Source: Escherichia coli (GTDB lineage: Bacteria; Pseudomonadota; Gammaproteobacteria; Enterobacterales; Enterobacteriaceae). Taken from it: a stretch of DNA of 64,000 nucleotides. The notes beneath the pieces were generated by a model. The model was not told the origin of the DNA and did no database searches. It saw only the letters and a program-made list of their open reading frames with translations. The stretch is taken from the NCBI RefSeq assembly GCF_003334305.1, contig NZ_QOWS01000026.1. The stretch is one strand, 5' to 3'. The stretch's first letter is position 1, and each line of letters begins with the position of its first letter. Shown here one piece after another: positions 55,102 to 64,000 of the stretch. The translations under genes and the position numbers were made by a program.

Positions 55102-57888
55102 TTAGTGCGCCTGATCCCAGTTTTCGCCACTCCCCACTTCCACCAGCAACGGCACATCCAGACGGGTACAGTTTTCCATCAGTTGATGAATCTGCTTCGC
55201 GACGGCATCAACATCATCTTTATGAACTTCAAATACCAGTTCATCGTGTACCTGCATGATCATACGTACACGCGGTTGCTCAGCCTGTAACCACGCATCA
55301 ACGGCAATCATCGCCCGTTTGATAATGTCGGCGGCGGTTCCCTGCATTGGCGCGTTAATGGCTGCACGTTCAGCCGCTGCACGACGAGCACCATTGCTGG
55401 ATTTGATATCCGGCAGATACAGACGGCGTCCGTCCAGCGTTTCAACGTAGCCCTGCTCTTTCGCCTGAGCACGGGTGCGTTCCATATACTCCAGCACGCC
55501 AGGGTAGCGTTCGAAGTAAAGGTCCATGTACTTCTGCGCTTCTTTACGTGGAATGTTCAATTGCCGCGCCAGACCGAAAGCACTCATGCCATAAATCAGA
55601 CCAAAGTTGATCGCTTTCGCGCTACGGCGTTGCTCGCTGGTGACGGTTTCCAGTGGCAAACCAAACACTTCTGCCGCCGTTGCCCGGTGGATATCTTTTC
55701 CTTCCGCGAATGCGGTCAGCAAGCCTTTGTCACGCGAGAGATGCGCCATAATGCGCAGTTCAATCTGCGAGTAGTCCGCTGAGACAATCACATAATCCTC
55801 TGGCGCAATAAACGCCTGGCGGATACGACGACCTTCTTCATTACGCACCGGAATGTTTTGCAGGTTAGGATCGGTTGACGATAAACGTCCCGTTGCAGTT
55901 ACTGCCTGGTGATAAGAGGTATGCACACGCCCGGTTTTCGGGTTGATCATCAGCGGCAGCTTGTCGGTGTAAGTCGACTTTAGCTTCGCCAGACCACGAT
56001 ACTCCAGAATCACTTTTGGCAACGGATAGTCCAGCGCCAGTTCTTCCAGTACCTCTTCCGACGTTGACGGCGCGCCACCCGGCGTTTTCTTCAGCGGTTT
56101 AATGCCCTGTTTTTCAAACAGAATGGTTTGTAACTGCTTGGTGGAAGAAAGGTTAAATTCCTCACCTGCAATTTCATGCGCTTTCTTTTCCAGCTCAGCC
56201 AGACGAAGGGTGAGCTCTTCAGAATGATTGTGCAGCACTTTCGGATCGATCTTCACACCGTTACGTTCAATGCGTGAAAGCACCGGCACCAGCGGCATTT
56301 CGATATTCTCGAAGACGTTCAACGGCCCTTTGTGTTTTTGCAGATCTGGCCACATTTTCAGATGCAACTGCAAGGTGACATCTGCATCTTCGGCGGCGTA
56401 ACGTCCGGCTTCTTCGAGGGCAATCTGGTTAAAGGTCAGTTGATTTTTGCCTTTACCCGCAATCTCTTCAAAAGTGATGGTTTTGTGCTTCAACCAACGT
56501 TCCGCGAGGCTGTCCATATCGTGACGCCCGGCAACGCTATTGAGAATGTAGGACTCCAGCATGGTATCAAACGCAATCCCACGCAGCTCAATGCCGTAAT
56601 TCGCCAGAATACCGCGATCGTATTTCAGGTTTTGCCCGACCTTCAGCGCCTTTTCATCTTCCAGCAGCGGTTTTAGCAACTCGAGTGCACGCTCGCGAGA
56701 GATTTGATCGGGCGCGTCAAGATAATCATGAGCAACCGGAATATATGCCGCTACGCCTGGCTCGATAGCAAAAGAAAGCCCGACCAGGTTAGCAGAGATG
56801 TTATCAAGGCTGTCGGTTTCGGTATCAAATGCAAATACCGGCGCTTTTTCCAGCTTCGCAATCCACGCTTTCAGTGTTTCTTCATCAAGGATGGTGACGT
56901 AGTTGTCATAAGAAATCACCGTTGCCGTCACTTCTGGTGCTTCGTCTGCAACACTGGTTTCCTGTGGCTTCGCGGCTGGTTTTGCCCCTTTGGCCTGTAA
57001 CCATTTGCCCGCTTCGACATCAGCAGTCCAGCGTTTGAACTCATACTTTTTGAACAGCCCCAACAACTCTTCCGCTGCCGGTTGCTGCACTTCCAGTTGT
57101 TCACAGGTCAGCTCCAGTTCAACGTCGGTTTTAATCGTCGCCAGCTGGTATGAGAGATAAGCAACTTCTTTGTTTTGCTCGAGCTTCGCTGCCATTGTTT
57201 TCGCGCCACGGAAGCTCAACCCAGCAATTTTTTCTGGCTCGGCATACAGCGTATCCAGCCCGCCCAGACCTTGCAGCAATGCCTGCGCGGTTTTTTCACC
57301 GACGCCCGGTACGCCAGGAATGTTATCGGAGGAGTCACCCATCAGCGCCAGGAAATCGATGATCAGTTCTGGCGGCACGCCGTACTTATTCACCACCTCT
57401 TCCGGTCCGAGGATGGTATTCGTCATGGTATTGATAAGCGTAATATTTGGCGTCACCAGCTGCGCCATATCTTTATCGCCAGTGCTGATCAGCACCGGAC
57501 GCCCGGCTTTTTCGGCTTCGCGCGCCAGAGTACCGATAACGTCGTCCGCTTCTACGCCAGAAACCGCCAGCAGCGGCAGTCCCATCGCTTTAACCATCGC
57601 GTGCAGGGGTTCGATTTGTGCTCGCAGATCGTTCGGCATTGGCGGGCGATGTGATTTGTAATGTTCAAACAGTTCATCACGAAAGGTTTTTCCCTTGGCG
57701 TCAAAGACCACCGCTGCATGCGTCGGTTTATATTGCATGATCAGACTGCGCAGCATGTTGAGGACACCATACATCGCACCGGTCGGCTCGCCTGCGCTGT
57801 TAGTCAGCGGGGGAAACGCGTGATATGCGCGATAAAGATAAGATGAACCATCTACAAGGATAAGTGGATTTTGGGGGATCTGAACCAT
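55102..57888 (-). CDS. polA: DNA polymerase I
   Basis: 928 aa [37 protein letters not shown]. Confidence 0.98.
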   Translation of the reverse strand: MVQIPQNPLILVDGSSYLYRAYHAFPPLTNSAGEPTGAMYGVLNMLRSLIMQYKPTHAAVVFDAKGKTFRDELFEHYKSHRPPMPNDLRAQIEPLHAMVKAMGLPLLAVSGVEADDVIGTLAREAEKAGRPVLISTGDKDMAQLVTPNITLINTMTNTILGPEEVVNKYGVPPELIIDFLALMGDSSDNIPGVPGVGEKTAQALLQGLGGLDTLYAEPEKIAGLSFRGAKTMAAKLEQNKEVAYLSYQLATIKTDVELELTCEQLEVQQPAAEELLGLFKKYEFKRWTADVEAGKWLQAKGAKPAAKPQETSVADEAPEVTATVISYDNYVTILDEETLKAWIAKLEKAPVFAFDTETDSLDNISANLVGLSFAIEPGVAAYIPVAHDYLDAPDQISRERALELLKPLLEDEKALKVGQNLKYDRGILANYGIELRGIAFDTMLESYILNSVAGRHDMDSLAERWLKHKTITFEEIAGKGKNQLTFNQIALEEAGRYAAEDADVTLQLHLKMWPDLQKHKGPLNVFENIEMPLVPVLSRIERNGVKIDPKVLHNHSEELTLRLAELEKKAHEIAGEEFNLSSTKQLQTILFEKQGIKPLKKTPGGAPSTSEEVLEELALDYPLPKVILEYRGLAKLKSTYTDKLPLMINPKTGRVHTSYHQAVTATGRLSSTDPNLQNIPVRNEEGRRIRQAFIAPEDYVIVSADYSQIELRIMAHLSRDKGLLTAFAEGKDIHRATAAEVFGLPLETVTSEQRRSAKAINFGLIYGMSAFGLARQLNIPRKEAQKYMDLYFERYPGVLEYMERTRAQAKEQGYVETLDGRRLYLPDIKSSNGARRAAAERAAINAPMQGTAADIIKRAMIAVDAWLQAEQPRVRMIMQVHDELVFEVHKDDVDAVAKQIHQLMENCTRLDVPLLVEVGSGENWDQAH

Positions 57889-58251
57889 AATGTCCGTGCC
57901 TGTTTATCAGATTATGGGTAAAGGATGCCACAGACAGGATGAAAACATGAGTTTTTCACCGCTTTTCGTGAAAATCTTTTGTAGATCTTCTGGATCGCTC
58001 GCAAATCGTCATGTGGATAACTTTGTGCATAAATTATTTACATCGCTTTTAATTTATTATCATGCTTTTTACAGCATGATGTTTGTCTTTGTTTTTCATG
58101 CAGTTAAAAATAAAGCCATCCCTAATAATTGAGATAATGGGATTTTTTCTAATGTGGATAGATATGAATTATTTTTCTCCTTAAGGATCATCCGTTATTT
58201 GGGTCGTTTTCTGCTAAAATCTGCGCCTTGCGCTTCTTTAGCGCACTGTCT

Positions 58252-59184
58252 ATGGCTAACCTTTTGAATAAATTCATTATGACGAGAATACTCGCTGCGA
58301 TAACCCTTTTGCTGAGTATCGTATTGACCATTTTGGTCACTATTTTTTGTTCCGTCCCGATCATCATTGCCGGGATTGTAAAACTATTGCTACCTGTGCC
58401 AGTCATTTGGCGAAAGGTTTCGCGTTTTTGTGATTTTATGATGTATTGCTGGTGTGAAGGTCTGGCGGTATTACTGCATCTGAACCCACACCTGCAATGG
58501 GAAGTTCACGGGCTGGAAGGGTTAAGTAAGAAGAACTGGTATCTGCTTATTTGTAACCACCGTAGTTGGGCAGATATTGTCGTACTATGCGTGCTGTTTC
58601 GTAAGCACATTCCGATGAATAAATATTTCCTCAAGCAACAGCTGGCCTGGGTGCCATTTCTTGGCCTGGCGTGCTGGGCGCTGGATATGCCGTTTATGAA
58701 GCGTTATTCCCGCGCTTATTTATTACGTCATCCGGAGCGACGTGGTAAAGATGTTGAAACCACTCGGCGTTCTTGTGAAAAGTTTCGCCTGCATCCCACC
58801 ACCATTGTCAATTTCGTTGAAGGCTCCCGTTTCACGCAAGAAAAACATCAGCAAACCCACTCCACTTTTCAAAACTTGTTGCCACCAAAGGCGGCAGGCA
58901 TTGCGATGGCGCTAAATGTACTGGGTAAACAATTCGATAAACTGCTTAATGTTACGCTGTGTTATCCGGACAATAACCGTCAGCCGTTCTTCGATATGTT
59001 AAGCGGTAAACTGACGCGAATTGTCGTTCATGTGGATTTACAGCCTATTGCCGATGAGTTACATGGCGACTACATCAATGACAAAAGCTTTAAGCGCCAT
59101 TTTCAGCAATGGCTGAACTCACTGTGGCAGGAAAAAGACCGACTTCTGACGTCGTTGATGTCATCACAGCGGCAGGACAAGTAA
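58252..59184 (+). CDS. yihG: Acyltransferase (PlsC/LPLAT family) YihG
   Basis: 310 aa from [20 protein letters not shown]; acyltransferase HxxxxD motif (NHRSWAD). Confidence 0.88.
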   Translation: MANLLNKFIMTRILAAITLLLSIVLTILVTIFCSVPIIIAGIVKLLLPVPVIWRKVSRFCDFMMYCWCEGLAVLLHLNPHLQWEVHGLEGLSKKNWYLLICNHRSWADIVVLCVLFRKHIPMNKYFLKQQLAWVPFLGLACWALDMPFMKRYSRAYLLRHPERRGKDVETTRRSCEKFRLHPTTIVNFVEGSRFTQEKHQQTHSTFQNLLPPKAAGIAMALNVLGKQFDKLLNVTLCYPDNNRQPFFDMLSGKLTRIVVHVDLQPIADELHGDYINDKSFKRHFQQWLNSLWQEKDRLLTSLMSSQRQDK

Positions 59185-59224
59185 ATTTTGCTCGCCTCTG
59201 AATGAGCAGAGGCGAGTGAGTATT

Positions 59225-60655
59225 TTAATGAACAAAACGTCCGGCACGAGACATAAATTCTTCTTCGCTCATCTCCTGTCCGTTAAAAACAACTTTACCC
59301 GGTGTATAACGCAGTTGCAGCGAGGCGGTATTGTTGTCAATCGTGATTAACTGAAACATCTGACCTAAGGTCATCATCCCGCTGATTTGTTTATCAGCCC
59401 GCTTTTGCGCTTTTTCCGCATCCATTCCTTCAGATAAATTAAGCTGTTTTGCGGTTTCTGTGGCGACATTAAGCGGTAACTTCACATCAAAATTGAGCGA
59501 TTTAATATCTTTGTTTGTGGATGATGAAGATTTGGCTGGGTCGGCAATACTGATATCCAGATTGGCATTTAGTTCGCCGAGTGCGTTCTTCCATTTTACC
59601 GGTTGTTTAATGGTCGGCTCACTTTTTTGTAATAACGGTAAATACTCTTTGAACAATGCAGCATTCACTTCTTGCAGAGCAACTTCATCGTTTGCTAACT
59701 CAGGGTGTGCAGCAAGCTGCTTCTGCATTGCAATGTTATACTGGATGATAAATTGGCGCACCGCTGAGGGATCAATAGATTCAGCAATCAATGACCACTC
59801 ACCACTACCGAGTTGCTGATTCCCTTTTGTTAACTTATCAAGTTCGTAGGTCAGATTGACATTGATATAATCTTTGTCTTTAACGCGATCCAGCCTGGTT
59901 TTTGCAACGAAAGCATCGATTTGGGCAACGTCTTCCCCGTGATTGATAATGTTAATCTGATTAAATTTCGACTCGCTTTCACCAACCGGAAATTTCTTTT
60001 CTTCTAATCGCGCCAGAGAATCAATGGTAAAACTTTTTGCCGTTACTTTGTTCATTGGTGATAATTGCAGAACAATATCTTCGACTTTGCCTTCAATATC
60101 CAGGTTAGACAATGAACTACCATCACCATTAAAAGTAAACTGGCCCTCACCAAAAGAAAACTTTCCATACTCTGCAGGGGCAACATCTAATGTCGTAGAG
60201 AATGAGCCACCAAACGCGAATCGCAATGTCGCTTCCACGGGCGATTTATTTTTCGCGGCGATAAATAGCGGTTGTGTCAGTTCATTATTCACTAAGTTCA
60301 CTTTTGCCGCTGCCAGTGCTGGGATGACATTACCATGCATTAACATTGTGATGGGCAACGGACCGTGCTCAACATCCACATCAAATACAACTTTCTGGCC
60401 TGGCTTGATATTGAGATCGGGTGCACCGTTATCGAATGTCATTTGCATTTGAAAACGGGAATTAAAAAAGCCTTTGTCAAAATTTTGATAACTTAACGTC
60501 ATATCGTAGGCATGTTCACCTTTCTTTTTAGCATCGTTAAAATCTTTAATAAATTTTTCGACACCAGGCTGAATTTGTGTACCTGTGTACCATGTGCCAC
60601 CACCCCAGATTACGGCTAACGCAACAATAACACCTGTAGCTGACTTACGTATCAT
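59225..60655 (-). CDS. yihF: DUF945-family protein YihF
   Basis: 476 aa from MIRKSATGVIVALAVIWGGGTWYTG; ORF track extends 14 codons upstream. Confidence 0.8.
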   Translation of the reverse strand: MIRKSATGVIVALAVIWGGGTWYTGTQIQPGVEKFIKDFNDAKKKGEHAYDMTLSYQNFDKGFFNSRFQMQMTFDNGAPDLNIKPGQKVVFDVDVEHGPLPITMLMHGNVIPALAAAKVNLVNNELTQPLFIAAKNKSPVEATLRFAFGGSFSTTLDVAPAEYGKFSFGEGQFTFNGDGSSLSNLDIEGKVEDIVLQLSPMNKVTAKSFTIDSLARLEEKKFPVGESESKFNQINIINHGEDVAQIDAFVAKTRLDRVKDKDYINVNLTYELDKLTKGNQQLGSGEWSLIAESIDPSAVRQFIIQYNIAMQKQLAAHPELANDEVALQEVNAALFKEYLPLLQKSEPTIKQPVKWKNALGELNANLDISIADPAKSSSSTNKDIKSLNFDVKLPLNVATETAKQLNLSEGMDAEKAQKRADKQISGMMTLGQMFQLITIDNNTASLQLRYTPGKVVFNGQEMSEEEFMSRAGRFVH

Positions 60656-60809
60656 ATAAATATTCCCTGATAAAACAGCAAAACTTTGAATATCCACTTA
60701 TGCTGAAATAATGTCCAGCGGCAGGATGCATTATCAGAATGTATTTATATTTATTAAATAATAAAAAAAGCCCGTGAATATTCACGGGCTTTATGTAATT
60801 TACATTTAA

Positions 60810-61436
60810 TTATTTTTTCTCGGACAGATATTTCACTGTATCAGCATACTGCTGAACAAAAACATCCATATTGCTGGTATCCATGCCCTGCGGATTCAGC
60901 TGATATTTACCGTTAACAAACATCGCCGGAACACCACGCAATTGCACGTCAGCTGCAGCTTTTTCCTGCTGAGCGACCAGAGATTTCACCACGAAGCTGT
61001 TCCACGCCGCGTCGTACTCTTCACCTTTAATACCTGCGTTGATAAATACATCGCGGATATCAGATGCTGAACGAATGGTCTGGGTTTTCTGTACGCCTTC
61101 AAACAGCGGAACAGTCACTTTGTCTTCCACGCCCAGCGCCATCGCCACAGCCCATGCCTGAGTCAGATCTTTGCCCAGGTCACCACCCATGAAGTTGACG
61201 TGGTATTTAGTCATCTTCACGCCTTCCGGCAGTTTTTTCTTCACATTATCAGAAATATGCAGAACTTCTTCAAACTGATAGCAGTGCGGACAGAAGAAAG
61301 AGAAAAACTCCAGCACTTGCGGCGCGCCAGCTACCGGTTTTTCCAGGGTAGTGTACTGTTTACCATCTTCATACTGCGCCGCCGATGCGCTAAACGCTAA
61401 AACTAAACCAGCCAGCGCCAGCCAAATCTTTTTCAT
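60810..61436 (-). CDS. dsbA: Periplasmic thiol:disulfide oxidoreductase DsbA
   Basis: 208 aa, signal peptide plus CPHC active site ([15 protein letters not shown]). Confidence 0.98.
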
Positions 61437-61452
61437 GATCTACTCTCTCCGA

Positions 61453-62439
61453 TTAATACATAGGTGTTAATTGTAAAGGGGGTTCTTGTAGAACTTTTGC
61501 CTGTTCTATAAAAGTCGCCGTTTGTCGCAGCCAGTAATCTTCCCCGGTTAACCACGGGAAATTTTTCGGGAACGCGGGATCAGCCCAACGCCGCATTAGC
61601 CAGGCAAGATAATAAACCAAACGCATGGCGCGTAAAGGTTCAATCAGTCCGATTTCAGCGGTGTCGAACTCGCTAAATTCTTCATAAGCTTCAATAATAG
61701 TTTCCAGTTGCATCCGCTGCTCGGCTTTATCGCCATTGAGCAACATCCACAAATCCTGAATAGCTGGACCATTACGTGCATCATCCAGATCAACAAACAT
61801 TGGACCATCGCGCCAGAGAATATTCCCGGCGTGGCAGTCTCCATGTAGCCGCAGAACGGTGAAGTCTTCCCGCCAGTGTGCTGTAACGGCGGCGATCAGC
61901 TCATCTGTCGCTTTCAGGAATGCCGCTTTCAACCCGGAAGGCATCAGTGTAGCGTCCTCAAACAGCTTGCGTGGCTCAATGAGATATTCATTCAGACCGA
62001 TGGTCGGGCGATGGATAAAAAGCTGTTTGCGCCCCGTCTGGTGCATACGCCCTAAATAACGCCCAACCGCTTCCATCTGATCGATATTATCAGCTTCGAA
62101 CTGGCGACCACCGACGCTTGGAAAAACAGCGAAATAAAATCCCTGATGATTCAATAAAGTCTGACCGTTAAAGGCCACAGGTGCTGCGACCGGAACTTCA
62201 TCATTTACCAACTGCAACGCAAATTGATGTTCTTCGAGGATTTGATCGGCTGTCCAACGTTCAGGGCGATAAAATTTGACGACAAAACGTCGACGATCTT
62301 CGTCCTGAAATTGATAGACACGGTTTTCATAGCTGTTAAGCGGGGTAAGACCGGAATCCACCCGGATCCCTTGCTCAAATAGAGCATCCATGATGGTATC
62401 CGGGTGTAGTGTCTGGAAAGTAAAAGCGCTGTTGTTCAT
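61453..62439 (-). CDS. srkA: Stress response kinase A (YihE)
   Basis: 328 aa MNNSAFTFQTLHPDTIMDALFEQGIRVDSGLTPLNSYENRVYQF. Confidence 0.92.
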   Translation of the reverse strand: MNNSAFTFQTLHPDTIMDALFEQGIRVDSGLTPLNSYENRVYQFQDEDRRRFVVKFYRPERWTADQILEEHQFALQLVNDEVPVAAPVAFNGQTLLNHQGFYFAVFPSVGGRQFEADNIDQMEAVGRYLGRMHQTGRKQLFIHRPTIGLNEYLIEPRKLFEDATLMPSGLKAAFLKATDELIAAVTAHWREDFTVLRLHGDCHAGNILWRDGPMFVDLDDARNGPAIQDLWMLLNGDKAEQRMQLETIIEAYEEFSEFDTAEIGLIEPLRAMRLVYYLAWLMRRWADPAFPKNFPWLTGEDYWLRQTATFIEQAKVLQEPPLQLTPMY

Positions 62440-62515
62440 CCCATCATCCGGAAAACATTACGAATGATGAAGGATATCATTTCACGATGATTTTGGTGGC
62501 ACCGCTTACAAGCTT

Positions 62516-62785
62516 TTACTCTTTAATTACGCCACGAGCGCGTAACAGCGCCGTTTTGAAGTCTTCTTCATAATCTTTCTGCAAACCCGGGATCACCGCA
62601 TCTTTCGCGGAATCACGCATTTTCAGGTGATAGATCAGAATGTCATCCGTCAAATCCGCCAGTTCGCCGTCAAAACCTGACTCTTTCGCCAGTTTCTGCA
62701 AAAATTGCAACAGGTTAAGGTCTGGCTCTTTTTGCCAGGCTGGCTGGAGGAGTTCAATAACTTCATTCAGACGTTTACATTTCAT
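62516..62785 (-). CDS. yihD: DUF1040-family protein YihD
   Basis: 89 aa from [29 protein letters not shown]; ORF track extends 10 codons upstream. Confidence 0.85.
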
Positions 62786-62854
62786 AGTAATGCTCCTTAC
62801 TCTTGAGACAGACACGTTAGCAGGGTCAATCCCACAATAAAAGAGGCGATATCG

Positions 62855-63439
62855 GTGAATCTGATGACGACGATAACAGGCGTTGTGCTGGCAGGCGGTA
62901 AAGCCAGACGAATGGGCGGCGTAGATAAAGGATTGCTTGAATTAAACGGCAAACCATTATGGCAACATGTCGCTGACGCGCTTATGACGCAGCTCTCTCA
63001 CGTCGTGGTTAATGCCAATCGCCATCAGGAAATCTATCAGGCAAGCGGTCTGAAAGTGATTGAAGATTCACTGGCGGATTACCCAGGCCCTCTGGCAGGA
63101 ATGCTTTCAGTAATGCAGCAGGAAGCAGGCGAGTGGTTTTTGTTTTGTCCGTGCGATACTCCTTATATTCCCGAGGATTTAGCAGCCCGGCTTAATCATC
63201 AGCGCAAAGATGCGCCTGTCGTGTGGGTCCACGACGGTGAACGCGATCACCCGACTATTGCTCTGGTAAACCGCGCAATTGAGCCTTTATTACTGGAATA
63301 TCTGCAAGCAGGAGAACGCCGGGTAATGGCATTTATGCGTCTGGCTGGCGGTCATGCGGTTGATTTCAGCGATAATAAAGATGCATTTATTAACGTGAAT
63401 ACGCCAGAGGAGCTTGCCCGATGGCAGGAAAAACGATGA
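62855..63439 (+). CDS. mobA: Molybdenum cofactor guanylyltransferase
   Basis: 194 aa [30 protein letters not shown]; GTG start. Confidence 0.95.
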
Positions 63440-63948
63440 TACCGTTACTCGCCTTTGCCGCGTGGAGTGGTACCGGAAAAACTACGCTTTTGAAACAACT
63501 GATCCCGGCATTATGCGCCAGAGGGATCCGTCCAGGGCTGATTAAGCATACGCACCATGATATGGATGTTGATAAGCCAGGCAAAGATAGCTATGAGCTG
63601 CGCAAGGCTGGCGCGGCACAAACCATCGTTGCCAGCCAGCAACGATGGGCCTTGATGACGGAAACACCAGACGAAGAAGAGCTGGATCTACAGTTTCTCG
63701 CAAGTCGAATGGATACCTCAAAGCTGGATTTGATTCTGGTCGAAGGGTTTAAGCATGAAGAGATCGCAAAGATTGTGCTGTTTCGCGATGGAGCCGGACA
63801 TCGACCTGAAGAATTAGTGATAGACAGGCATGTTATTGCTGTAGCCAGTGATGTGCCGCTTAATCTTGATGTCGCATTACTGGATATTAATGATGTTGAG
63901 GGGCTGGCTGATTTTGTGGTGGAGTGGATGCAAAAGCAGAACGGATAA
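63421..63948 (+). CDS. mobB: Molybdopterin-guanine dinucleotide biosynthesis adapter protein
   Basis: 175-aa ORF with P-loop (GTGKTT); overlaps mobA by 19 bp; start may instead be the internal Met ([10 protein letters not shown]). Confidence 0.9.
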   Translation: MAGKTMIPLLAFAAWSGTGKTTLLKQLIPALCARGIRPGLIKHTHHDMDVDKPGKDSYELRKAGAAQTIVASQQRWALMTETPDEEELDLQFLASRMDTSKLDLILVEGFKHEEIAKIVLFRDGAGHRPEELVIDRHVIAVASDVPLNLDVALLDINDVEGLADFVVEWMQKQNG

Positions 63949-63951
63949 GCA

Positions 63952-64000
63952 AGAGTAGGCTGGATAAGACGCGCCAGCGTCGCATCCGGCATTTTTTTCT
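63952..64000. repeat. REP element at window edge
   Basis: GGATAAGACGCGCCAGCGTCGCATCCGGCA palindromic unit; truncated by window end. Confidence 0.7.

Overview
This 64 kb window is an Escherichia coli-type chromosomal segment collinear (in inverted orientation) with the K-12 cpxA-proximal yiiM to mobB region (about 88 to 87 min). Almost all of it is recognisable core genome: yiiM, kdgT, sodA, the rhamnose regulon (rhaT, rhaRS, rhaBAD, rhaM), the cryptic frvABXR PTS operon, yiiG, fdhD, the selenoprotein formate dehydrogenase-O operon fdoGHI-fdhE, yiiD-dtd-yihY-yihX, the sulfoquinovose (sulfoglycolysis) cluster yihO-yihW, ompL, yihLMN, typA, glnA-glnLG, yshB, hemN, yihI, engB, polA, yihG, yihF, dsbA, srkA, yihD and mobAB, plus the sRNAs CsrC and Spot 42 and several REP/BIME clusters. 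The one stretch that looks accessory is the AT-rich segment between fdhE and yiiD (about 23.0 to 26.4 kb). It holds two paralogous ribbon-helix-helix genes (yiiF/yiiE), an intact toxin-first HigB/HigA-like toxin-antitoxin pair, an Aes-like esterase, about 600 bp with no confident gene, and three copies of a 19-bp motif with sigma-54-like spacing. From memory the toxin-antitoxin pair and esterase are not at this locus in K-12 MG1655, but I could not verify that here. All calls rest on reading the ORF translations and sequence by eye; no database search or computation was run.
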